A stretch of DNA of 64,000 nucleotides from Myxococcales bacterium (lineage in GTDB: Bacteria; Myxococcota_A; Bradymonadia; UBA7976; UBA1532), in assembly GCA_009692505.1 (NCBI GenBank), contig SHZC01000005.1, positions 745 through 64,744 of the forward strand, given 5' to 3'. The notes beneath the pieces were generated by a model, which made no database searches, was not told the DNA's origin, and saw only the letters and a program-made list of their open reading frames with translations. The position numbers were made by a program, and so were the translations under genes. Of this stretch, positions 51,946 through 61,800 are shown piece by piece; position 1 is the stretch's first letter; each line of letters starts with the position of its first letter.

Positions 51946-54900
51946 TTAGAGGTCGGAGACGAGGACGTCGAGGCCCTCGGGGAAGCCGGAGGTCCGGGCG
52001 TTCCAGTTGAAGCTCGACACCCAGAGGCGGGCGCCGTCGGTCCGGGCGCGGGTATAGAAGCCGAACGCGCCGATGTACTCGAACTCCGCGCCGCGGATCG
52101 TCTGGCGCATCCAGACGCCCTCCGGGGTTCGCCGTGTCACGAGCAGGTCCTGGCTCGTGGCGTCCTGGTAGACGATCAGGGGGAGCCCTGCCGGATCGAA
52201 TCGGACATTGCAGTCTTCGCCGACGACGTGCACAGCCCAGCTTCGACCGTCGTCCTCCCGGATGCCATCGTCGACGAGCTCGTCAATACCCAACTCCGGG
52301 GCGAGGTATCGCAAGGAGTCGGTCAGGCCGTCCTGAAAGCAGAGGTGCGTATTGCCCATGGCGTCGACCGTCAGATCGACGTTGCTGCCCATGTCGCCCT
52401 CGAGGCTCGGCACGCCGACACCGTATCCGGCGAGCTGCTGAGGCTCTCCGAAGCCCGCCTCGGCGAAGCGTGACGACCAGAGCTGACCGAAGGTCCGGTC
52501 GTACCAGGCGACCACCGGGAAGCCCTGGAGATCACGGGTCTGCGTGGTGAAGAGGCCCGTCCCCTCAGGGTAGCCGGGGGGCGCAGGCGGCACCTCGACG
52601 ACAGCCTGACAGGCACCTTCGACGCAGGCCTCGCCCATGCCGCACATCCCGCACTGGTTGGTCCGCGTGACGCAGGCATCTGTGGCCGCGAGGCAGGCCT
52701 CCGAACGATCACAGAGGCCGCCGCAGGGCGCGTCGAGCACGCTGCGCGTGAGCGTGAAGGGCGCGAGCCAGTCGTCGGCGGTCGCCGGCGTGGGGTTCTT
52801 GGCCAAGAGGTACCGGACCTCGCTGACCCAGGCGTCGGCGTCGTGTCGTCGGGCGACCCTATAAGCAATGCCGGGCACGCCTCGGGCGTCGACGCTGATG
52901 GACGCCCATCGGCCCGCGTCCCCTTCGAGGTCGAGCGTGATCTTGGTGAACGAGTAGGTGCCGTCTTCGGCCCGGATACCCAAGGCGTACTTCAGCGACT
53001 GGTTCGTGACATCACGATAGGCGACGTGCAGGTGCCCCTCTGGGCCGGCGGCGATGGCCGTGTCGGTGCCGACATCGTCGCCGTCCTCCTTGACCCCGCC
53101 GCGGGGTCCACTCGGGGCTCCGACGACCTCAGCACCCTCGGGCACTCCGTCCACGAAGGTCCACTGAAACGTCAGGTCGTCGGCGTTGTACGAGCCCACG
53201 ACCAGGTCGCCGTAAGTGTCCGCATACGCGCTGAAGTGGGCCTGACCCCCGTGCAGGACGAAGTCGCTGAACCGCCCGATGGAGCCCAGCTCGATGGGGT
53301 GCTTCTCGATGCACATGCACTGACCGTTCTCGAGCAGGCAGCTGTCCTCGCTGACCATGCCCTCAGCAAAGACCATCGGCTCGTAGCCGGCATCGCAGGT
53401 GAGCCCGGCGCAGGCCTCGGGCAGAGGCTCGCAGGCGGCGTTGGCTCGGCAGCAGAACTGCCCGTCCGGGCAGCCGTCCGGGCAGGGCGGGCCGCACTCA
53501 CACATCCCCGTCGCCGCGCACAGGGCGGGCGCGCCATTGTCGCAGCTGATCGCGGTGCAGGCGTCCGGGTCCTCGTCGCAGCCGAGCAAGATGCAGCGAT
53601 TGACGCCGGCCACCAAGCGGCAGACCCGGCCGTCCCCGCAGTCCTCATCCGTCTCGCACTCGCCCACATTGACCGCGCCCATGTCCCCGCCGTCGGACTC
53701 GGGCCGTTGCGACATATCTTCGGCGCCCTTCTCGCGTCCGGCCGTGCTGTCGTCACAGGCGCCGAGGAGAGCCGCAACCGCGAACAGCGCCGCGAGCACG
53801 ACTCGAGCCGACTGCCCACGACGGCGCAGGACAAGCCCGATCAGGAGAGGGGCGAGGCCGAGCAGCGCGAACGGGCCAGGCGCGCCTCCACGACCCGGCA
53901 GGATGCAGCCACAGTCCCCGCAGCCCCCAGCGGCGGCGGCCGGGTTCGTTCGCTCCTCGTGGGACGCCCGCCCGATGAGTGGGGTCGCCGCGGCCACGAG
54001 CACGGCCTCGGTGGTATTGCCGGTCTGATCGACGGCGCGCACCTCGACCCTCTCGGTCGCGTGGGCGTCTATCTCGAAGATCGGCGAGCCGTCCTCGTCT
54101 GCGAGTCGGACGCCACTCGAGCTGAGAGGCTTGAAGTCGCCGTCACCGATTCGAACCGTGAGCACCAGCTCGTCAAGTGAGTTGACGATGTCCGAGATCC
54201 GGGCCTTGGCGTGCGAGCCCTCGCGGGTCAAGGTGAGCTCCGGCGCCACGCTGTCGATGATCACGTTGAGCACCGCCGGGGTCGCATCGAGCGAGCGGTA
54301 GTCGTCTATACGCCGCGCCCGAACCTCGACCTGGTGTTTGCCCTGCCACCACAACATGGGGCTGCGGATGACCATGTCCTGGGCGGGCGTAAACGCGCTC
54401 CACGTCCCCTGATCGACGCGCCACTGGTACTCCATCGGCGCCTCGTCGGTTGTGCCATCGAGGGCGTCCACATGAATCCGGACGTGCGGCCGGCGGGAGG
54501 TCTCCCCGGTGGCCAGCGCGCTCGCCTCGAAGTCCGCCGTCTCCGGGATGTGGACCTCGATCGCCTCGGCGAAGGTGTTCACGCTGAAGCGGGCCTGCAT
54601 AGCCATCTCCTCGACCGGTATGCGCTCGAGATCCGCGAAGATGCCCAAGAACGTGTTGTTCTCGATGCCGGTGATGGACCCCTCCTGGAGGTTGAGCGCG
54701 TAGCCAAGCACATCCGGCAGTTGAACGGGCGCAGAGAGGCCGCCGACGAGGCTCGGCAGCAGCGGTCCGATGAGCGCGGGCAGGATGGCGGCGAGCGCGT
54801 TGGGATCGTCGCGCATGACCTCGCCGTTGTGGGCGACGACGTTGCGCAGGGCCATGGAGAGGTCGCCGAGCACGGGGATGATGCCGTTGTCCGGCGAGAA

Positions 54901-56364
54901 CGCGACGGCGATCGGGACGGTCACGTCGGTGCTCAGGCTGAAGATGCGGACCCAGCGGCCCTCGATGAAGGCGTGGAAGTCGAGCCAGAGGTCGGGGATC
55001 TCCAGGGTCATGAGCGGATCAAGGACCCGGTACTGGCCTTCGTTCTCGGGATCGGGCTCGGTGGTGTTGGCCCCGAAGGTGGCGATCGGCACCTCTTGCG
55101 GTGACATCGTGATGGCGAGCGCCTGCGCCCCGCGGGTCAGACGAGGCAGGTCGCGCAGGAAGAGGCTGAAGGTCGATACGCTGATCTGCTCGATGGTGTC
55201 GCTCGTGATCGAGAGGCAGAGCGTGCCGGCCGAGAAGACCGCCCAGAGGCCGTGCTTTACGAAGAGGTCGCTGATGCCGATGCCCACCTCGTAGGGCCGA
55301 CCGAGGGGATCGACGGACGTCGTCAGCGCGACTGCGCGCGGGGGCTCCATGTCGAGCGGCGGCTGGGGTCGATCGGGCACGCAGCGGTTCTTGTCGGCCC
55401 GCGCACCGGCGATGATGCCCAGGGAGAGACCTTGATTCTCCACGTCGACGTAGCTGCCGGGCGTAATAAGGTATTGGACCACGGCCTTGAGGCCCGGAGA
55501 GAAGCTCGAGAGCATGGCGCCGACGTCGAGGGCACCTTCGACCCCGAGCTGGGCGGGGATGCACTGACCGTCGAGCATGCAGCGGCCCCCTTCGCACAAG
55601 GCTCCGCCCGCGCTCGGGCAGTCGACGTCCGTCTCGCAGGCGCGGCAGGTGAAGTCCTCTACGAAGCCGTTGACGATGCCCACGAGCTGACCGTCGATGA
55701 ACCCTTGAACCGCCGTCAGCAGGAAGTCGCCGATGAAGGGAAAGTTGATGAACCCGTCGATGGCGTCACAGAGGAAGCCCAACGCGCCGCCATTGTTGTG
55801 GAGGCGGATGTCGAGGTTCGCGAGCTGATAAACGGGGTTCTCGATGGCGAAGGTCAGATCCCGCGTGGGGTCAGGCGTCGAGAGGTTCAAGTCGACGCTG
55901 ATCGGGAAGCCCGGGCCGCGGATGGCCAAGGTGCAATCCACGATGGGGTTCGCGAAGACGTTGATGATCGCGTCGAACTGCTGAAAGGTCAGCGTGGCGC
56001 GGATGCGGCTGGTCTCGACGAGCTCGAGATCGACGTTGCCGATGGCGATGTCAATCGGGCAGCCGACGGTGCCGTCCGGGCACTGCCCGCCGCAGAAGCC
56101 CCACTGAACGAGGCCGATGATGTCGCCGCCTTGGCCAGGCAGGCAGATGTTCAGGCCTTCGGGCAGCGCCTGGCTCAAGAGGGGCTCGAGGTTGTCCTCG
56201 AGGAAGCCGACGCCATGCTCGGTGAGGCGAACCTGAACCGCACTGTGGACCCTGTCCTTATGCGGGAACGGGGGGCCGGAAGCGCAGCCTCCACAGCCGC
56301 TGGACTGCCCGCACGCGGCGAGCAGGAGCAGAAGAAAGACACTTCGAAGCATGAGCTTGAACAT
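51946..56364 (-). CDS. very large lipoprotein with an internal MYXO-CTERM-like segment followed by a second lipobox
   Basis: The N-terminus is MFKLMLRSVFLLLLLAACG. A Y_Y_Y-like Ig module is present (EYQWRVDQGTWSAF). The internal segment is GGCGDCGC...PFALLGLAPLLIGLVLRRRGQSARVVLAALFAVAALLGAC. The C-terminal half contains repeated ...LKYA/...LRYL strands that look propeller-like. Confidence 0.7.
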   Translation of the reverse strand: MFKLMLRSVFLLLLLAACGQSSGCGGCASGPPFPHKDRVHSAVQVRLTEHGVGFLEDNLEPLLSQALPEGLNICLPGQGGDIIGLVQWGFCGGQCPDGTVGCPIDIAIGNVDLELVETSRIRATLTFQQFDAIINVFANPIVDCTLAIRGPGFPISVDLNLSTPDPTRDLTFAIENPVYQLANLDIRLHNNGGALGFLCDAIDGFINFPFIGDFLLTAVQGFIDGQLVGIVNGFVEDFTCRACETDVDCPSAGGALCEGGRCMLDGQCIPAQLGVEGALDVGAMLSSFSPGLKAVVQYLITPGSYVDVENQGLSLGIIAGARADKNRCVPDRPQPPLDMEPPRAVALTTSVDPLGRPYEVGIGISDLFVKHGLWAVFSAGTLCLSITSDTIEQISVSTFSLFLRDLPRLTRGAQALAITMSPQEVPIATFGANTTEPDPENEGQYRVLDPLMTLEIPDLWLDFHAFIEGRWVRIFSLSTDVTVPIAVAFSPDNGIIPVLGDLSMALRNVVAHNGEVMRDDPNALAAILPALIGPLLPSLVGGLSAPVQLPDVLGYALNLQEGSITGIENNTFLGIFADLERIPVEEMAMQARFSVNTFAEAIEVHIPETADFEASALATGETSRRPHVRIHVDALDGTTDEAPMEYQWRVDQGTWSAFTPAQDMVIRSPMLWWQGKHQVEVRARRIDDYRSLDATPAVLNVIIDSVAPELTLTREGSHAKARISDIVNSLDELVLTVRIGDGDFKPLSSSGVRLADEDGSPIFEIDAHATERVEVRAVDQTGNTTEAVLVAAATPLIGRASHEERTNPAAAAGGCGDCGCILPGRGGAPGPFALLGLAPLLIGLVLRRRGQSARVVLAALFAVAALLGACDDSTAGREKGAEDMSQRPESDGGDMGAVNVGECETDEDCGDGRVCRLVAGVNRCILLGCDEDPDACTAISCDNGAPALCAATGMCECGPPCPDGCPDGQFCCRANAACEPLPEACAGLTCDAGYEPMVFAEGMVSEDSCLLENGQCMCIEKHPIELGSIGRFSDFVLHGGQAHFSAYADTYGDLVVGSYNADDLTFQWTFVDGVPEGAEVVGAPSGPRGGVKEDGDDVGTDTAIAAGPEGHLHVAYRDVTNQSLKYALGIRAEDGTYSFTKITLDLEGDAGRWASISVDARGVPGIAYRVARRHDADAWVSEVRYLLAKNPTPATADDWLAPFTLTRSVLDAPCGGLCDRSEACLAATDACVTRTNQCGMCGMGEACVEGACQAVVEVPPAPPGYPEGTGLFTTQTRDLQGFPVVAWYDRTFGQLWSSRFAEAGFGEPQQLAGYGVGVPSLEGDMGSNVDLTVDAMGNTHLCFQDGLTDSLRYLAPELGIDELVDDGIREDDGRSWAVHVVGEDCNVRFDPAGLPLIVYQDATSQDLLVTRRTPEGVWMRQTIRGAEFEYIGAFGFYTRARTDGARLWVSSFNWNARTSGFPEGLDVLVSDL

Positions 56365-56535
56365 GGATGACCCCCCGAAAAAATGGCACCTCACGCTATA
56401 GACCGCGGCAAACAGGCGTCAAGTCCGGAAATGATGGGGTAATTTGCGGCAGGGGTTGACCGCTTCTACACTCGCGCGGTCGGATCTGTTTCATGGGTCC
56501 GGACCCACGCAGTAAACCCGACGGGATCGTTTCGA

Positions 56536-58818
56536 ATGCAGGAAGGTTCGCAGTTCGGCCCTTACACCCTGATCAAGCGCATCGCGTTTGGGGGCATGGC
56601 CGAGATCCATCTCGCGAAGACCACCGGACTCGGCGGCTTCGAGAAGCTGCTGGCACTCAAGGTCATCCACCCGAAGTACTCGGAGGACCAAGAGTTCATC
56701 GACATGCTGATCGACGAGGCGAAGATCGCCGTTCAGCTCTCGCACGTGAACGTCTGCCAGGTCTTCGACCTCGGCCGGATCTCGAACACCTACTTCATCG
56801 CGATCGAGTTCATCGACGGCAAGGACCTCTATCAGCTCCTCGTGAAGTGCTCCGAGCGGGACATCAGCATCCCCCTCGACATCCTGGCGTTCATTGGCTT
56901 GGAGCTGAGCGCGGGCCTGCACTACGCCCACACCAAGAGCGACAACTATGGGAGCCCGCTCAGCCTGGTCCATCGCGACGTGAGCCCGCAGAACGTCCTC
57001 ATCTCCTATGACGCCGAGGTCAAGATCGTGGACTTCGGCATCGCGAAAGCAGCGAAGCGCAGCCGTGAGACCGAGAGCGGGGTCATCAAGGGCAAGTTTT
57101 TCTATATGTCGCCGGAGCAGGCTTGGGGTGATCCCATCGACGCTCGGACCGACGTCTTCAGCAGCGGGATCTGTCTCTACGAGATGCTGGTCGGCGAGAT
57201 GCTCTACCATGAGGAGAAGGCGCTTCTCCTCCTCGACAAGGTTCGCAAGGCCGAGATTCCGAGCATCCGAGAGAAGCGCCCAGAGGTGCCCCAGGCCTTG
57301 GAGCAGATCGTGCTGCGCGCCTTGTCGCGTGACCGGGACCGTCGCTACCAGTCCTCCGGCGAGCTGCACGCCGCGCTGTCGGGGTTCCTCTACGGGAACT
57401 GGCCGAACTTCAACCGCTCGCGGCTCGTGGAGTTCATGCGCCACGTCTTTGGCGACCAGCGGTTCGTCCTGCCGCGACCCCAGGCCAACGGACCGAAGCC
57501 CAACGAGCGCGGCTCCATGCTCGGGAACAACGGCTTCGCCTCGGGGCACAGCGTCATCTTCGACCTCAATCAGGTTGACGACCTGCCGAAGCTCCAGAAG
57601 GGTCCGAGCGCGATGCCGAGGCCGTCGCCCGTCGTGGAAGCCAGGTTCGACGAACCGGAGCCGACTACGGCGCTGAGCGAAGATCAGACCGGCAGCGTGG
57701 ACGACGACGACGACGACGACGAGCACACCATCATGGAGAGTGTGTGGGCGCCCGAGCCCGTGCGTTCTGCTCGGCCCGCAGCCGAGGACGAAGACACGAC
57801 CTCCTTGACAGCCGGGGATCTCGAGAAGGTCTCGAAGCTCTCCATGCCCGTCAACGTTGAGCAGCCGACCTCGCTGTACGCGCGGCCGGGCGAGAGTCCA
57901 CCGAAGCGGCTGAATCGGCCCGTCTCGCCGCCGCCCGCCGATGATCCCGAGCGCACGATGACGCTCGACCCCGTTGAGCTCGAGCCGACCCCGGCCGCGC
58001 AGCCCCGGGCGGTGCCCCGACCGATTCCCACCTCGCCCCCACAGACGCCGGCCCCGCCGCCCAGACCCACCGCCCAGAGTCTACGCGCGCCGCCGCCGCC
58101 GCCGCCGCCGCCGCTCGCCGATCCGGAGACGAGAGGTGGACCCCAGAAGTCGCCGACCCTGAAGCCCGAGGGCATCAAGCCGACGAAGCCCACCGTCAAT
58201 CGAGCGGCGGTCTCCGGCGCGCGCAAGGGTGATTCCAAGCTGCGTAAGCTCGGGGCGCGGCTGATGTCACCGGGCGGGCTCACGGCGATTGTCCTGGTCG
58301 CGCTCTTGGGGTACGCGGCGTTTCAGCTCCTCCCGACGTTGCTCGCCCCCCAGAAGCTCCGGGTGGCCGCCTTGGTCATCACGAGCACCCCGGCGGGCGC
58401 GAAGGTTCATGTCGATGGGGTCGACACCGGCCAGGAGACCCCGGCGCGCGTCGACAACGTCGCAGTCGGGGCCAGCCACACCGTGAAGCTGACGCTCGGC
58501 GGCTTCGACGAGCTCACCGAGAGCGTGACCATCCCGGCCTCGGACCTTCCGCCCGATGGCGAGGTCAAGCGTCGGCTCTTCCTCGTCAAGCAGCGCGGGC
58601 GAATCGAGGTCGGCTCAACCCCCGACAAGGCCGACGTCTTCGTCGACGGGAAGTTCTCTTGCGAGACGCCTTGCACCGTGGCCGACGTGGATCGGGAGAA
58701 GAACGAAGTCCGCCTCTTGCTTCGCAAGGACGGGTATCGGGACTATCCAGAGGTCATTCGATGGGGTGAAGAGACCCATATCAAGGTCGACTGGAAGCTC
58801 GCTCCCCGCGAGAGATAA
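56536..58818 (+). CDS. Ser/Thr protein kinase, membrane-anchored, with two C-terminal PEGA domains
   Basis: Kinase motifs are AFGGMAEIHLA, ALKVI, HRDVSPQNV, VDFGIAKA and SPEQ. A TM segment is present (LTAIVLVALLGYAAFQLL). The PEGA domains are ITSTPAGAKVHVDG and VGSTPDKADVFVDG. Confidence 0.9.
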   Translation: MQEGSQFGPYTLIKRIAFGGMAEIHLAKTTGLGGFEKLLALKVIHPKYSEDQEFIDMLIDEAKIAVQLSHVNVCQVFDLGRISNTYFIAIEFIDGKDLYQLLVKCSERDISIPLDILAFIGLELSAGLHYAHTKSDNYGSPLSLVHRDVSPQNVLISYDAEVKIVDFGIAKAAKRSRETESGVIKGKFFYMSPEQAWGDPIDARTDVFSSGICLYEMLVGEMLYHEEKALLLLDKVRKAEIPSIREKRPEVPQALEQIVLRALSRDRDRRYQSSGELHAALSGFLYGNWPNFNRSRLVEFMRHVFGDQRFVLPRPQANGPKPNERGSMLGNNGFASGHSVIFDLNQVDDLPKLQKGPSAMPRPSPVVEARFDEPEPTTALSEDQTGSVDDDDDDDEHTIMESVWAPEPVRSARPAAEDEDTTSLTAGDLEKVSKLSMPVNVEQPTSLYARPGESPPKRLNRPVSPPPADDPERTMTLDPVELEPTPAAQPRAVPRPIPTSPPQTPAPPPRPTAQSLRAPPPPPPPPLADPETRGGPQKSPTLKPEGIKPTKPTVNRAAVSGARKGDSKLRKLGARLMSPGGLTAIVLVALLGYAAFQLLPTLLAPQKLRVAALVITSTPAGAKVHVDGVDTGQETPARVDNVAVGASHTVKLTLGGFDELTESVTIPASDLPPDGEVKRRLFLVKQRGRIEVGSTPDKADVFVDGKFSCETPCTVADVDREKNEVRLLLRKDGYRDYPEVIRWGEETHIKVDWKLAPRER

Positions 58819-58845
58819 CAGCCGCCTGGACCCCTTGGAGCCCCG

Positions 58846-61800
58846 ATGTTCCCGATCCGTCGCATTCTTTGCTGTGCCGCCCTCACCGCCGCCTGCGCGG
58901 CCGTGGAGGACGGGAGCAACGCCGCTGATACGACGGGCTCTTCACCCACCTCAGGCTCGCAGGTGCCTGATCCGAGCGGCGATGGCCTGGGGCCGGACGT
59001 CGGCCAGCCGGTCGGGTGCCGCGACTTCGATAGGGACGGCGCGAGCGTCGGAGAGGGCTGCAGCCCAGTGGACTGCAACGACTCGACGGCCCTGATTGGC
59101 CCGGACGCGCCGGAGCAGTGCAACGGCATCGACGATGACTGCGATGGGATCGTCGACGACGACCTCATCGGGCCGGACTGCGCCTTGACCCGAGGGATCT
59201 GCGCGGGCTCGCGACAGCGTTGTCTCGTCGGGGCCTGGGCCGCCTGCGATGCGGCGACCTACGGCGAGAGCTTCGAGGTCACCGAGGCCGCCTGCGACGG
59301 CGTCGACAACGACTGCGATGGAAGGGTCGACGCCGACTGCCCCTGCGACGCGGGCCAGACACGCCCCTGTGGGGTCGACGAGGGGGAGTGCCACCAAGGC
59401 GTTCAAGCCTGCTTAGGCGAGCAGTGGGGCCCCTGCGAAGGGGAGACGACCTCGGCAGACGAGCTCTGCGATAGCAAAGACAACGACTGCGACGACCTCG
59501 TCGACGAAGCGCTCACCGAGGCCGCGCCTGACTGCGGCCTGAACCTCGGGATCTGCGCGGGCTCGAGGGCGACGTGCAGCGGTGGGCCGGGCTGGTCGAC
59601 GTGTGGACCGCTCGAGTACGGAGACCGGTTCACCGCCGACGAGACCGACCTCGACTGCGACGCGCTCGACAACGACTGCGACGGCGCGACCGACGAGCAG
59701 TGTGCCTGTCTCGACGGGGCTGATCAGCCCTGCGGGCTCGACGTCGGGGCCTGCGTGCCCGGTATCCAGACCTGCGTGCGGGGGTTCTTTGGTGAGTGCC
59801 GGGGGCAGGTCTTGCCGCGAGACGAGTCCTGTGACGGCACGGATCAAGACTGCGACGGCACCGTCGACGAAGCCCTTGCCCCCCTCGCCTGTCCGCTCCA
59901 GAACGGCGTCTGCGCGGGCAGCGTCCGCGAGTGTTCGGGCCTCGCCGGGCACGCCCCCTGCCAGGCGCATGTGTACTCGGCCCATCACCCGCTGTATGTG
60001 CCCGTGGAGAGCAGCGAGCACTGCGACGGCCTCGACAACGACTGCGATGGGCTCATCGACGAGGAGTGCGACTGCGTGGATGGCACAGCTCAGGCCTGCG
60101 GGGTCAACGTCGGCCTGTGCACTCAAGGCGAGCAGCTCTGTGTGGGCGGGCGCTTCGGCGCGTGCGACGGGACTGCGCCCCTTGGCGAGGTCTGCAACGC
60201 CGCCGACGATGACTGCGACGAGCGCGCCGACGAGGGTATATTAGGCCAGCCCTGCCCCCTCCAGGATGGGGTCTGCGCCGGTTCGCGTAACCGCTGTCTG
60301 GGCGGTCAGCGCACCGTCTGCGGCGCCGACGAGTATGGCGGGGCCTGGCAGCTTGAGGAGTCTTTCTGCGACGGCCGGGACAACGACTGCGACGGGCAGA
60401 TTGACGAGGGCTGCGACTGCGTCGACGGAGAGGTTCAGGTCTGCGGCAGCGAGGTGGGTCTGTGCACCCGTGGCGCGCAGACCTGCGTCCGAGGTCGCTT
60501 CGGACCCTGCGAGGGCTCGATTCAGCCGGCCGTCGATCTCTGCGACGGCCGCGACGAGGACTGCGATGGCCAGAGCGACGAGGCCCTGATCGCGCCCGCC
60601 TGCCCCAACCAGGTCGGGGTCTGCGCGGGCGCGCTTCAGCTCTGTGCCGGGGCCCTTGGATTTTTGAACACCTGCGCGCCGGATGAGTACGGCCCCCGCT
60701 TCGTGCTCGACGAGACGGACGCCCACTGTGACGGGCTCGACAATGATTGCGACGGCCAGAGCGACGAGGCCTGCGAGTGCCAGCCCAACGGTCCAAGGCC
60801 CGCCTGCGGCAGCAATACCGGCGAGTGCCGGACGGGGCTCTTGCTCTGTGAGGGTGGCCACTTCGGGGCGTGCGAGGGGGAGGCTCGGCCGGTCGTTGAG
60901 CGGTGCAATGGCCTCGACGACGACTGTGACGGACTGACGGACGACGCGCTCATCGCGCCGGCCTGCGCCTTGAGCCGTGGGGTCTGCGACGGCTCGGTCC
61001 AACGGTGCGGAGGGGCCGACGGATGGCTCGCGTGCGAGGCCGTCAACTACGGGCCCAACTATCGTCTCGTTGAGGCTGCAGCCGATTGCGACGGCCGCGA
61101 CAATGACTGCGATGGTCGCTTTGACGAGGCCTGCCCGGCGCCGCCGATCGTCATCAGCGAGGTCTACTACAACAGCCCCGGACGAGACGGCACCGCCGAG
61201 TTCATCGAGATCTCCGGGCCGGTGGGCACCGCGCTCTCTGGCCTCACTCTCGAGGCGGTCAACGGCAACGACGGTCTGGTCTACGAGCGCATCGGGCTCA
61301 ACGGCCGCGTGATGCCAGCGATCGGTTCCTTCCTCATCGTCGCGCCGACCGCCTCGCCGCTGCTCCAGGACATCGCGGACCTCGTGGCTCCGGGGGCCGA
61401 TCTCCAAAACGGGCCGGACAGCTTGCGGCTCGTGTGGAACGGCGACGTCGTCACGGACGCCTTGGGCTATGGGGTCTTCGTCAACCCGGCTCACTTTGCC
61501 GGTGAAGGCGAGGCGGCACCCAACGCCGCCGAGCAGAGCTTGACCCGGAACGTCGACAACGCCGACACCGACAACAACGCCGTGGACTTCGTGCCCAGCG
61601 GCCAGTCCGCCTCCGGGCTGCCGACGCCGCGGGGGGCGCCTCTGCCTAGGCTCCACCTCGCCTTACGTTGGGATCTCGACGACACGGATCTTGATCTGCA
61701 CCTGCAGCGCCCCGGCGCGGCCTTCCGGGACGCGACGGGAGACTGCAGCTTCAGCAATCGTCGCCCGATTTGGAATGTGGGCGGGGGGGATCCCCGTTTC

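Noticed and set aside
56384-56400. TGGCAC in the divergent intergenic region as a sigma-54 -24 element.
   Set aside because: The following GC dinucleotide lies 2 nt too close (TGGCAC-ctcac-GCtat versus TGGCAC-N5-TTGC), and I see no supporting enhancer-binding protein gene nearby.
60241-61656. A 471-aa minus-strand ORF.
   Set aside because: It is antisense to the cysteine-rich LTD lipoprotein.
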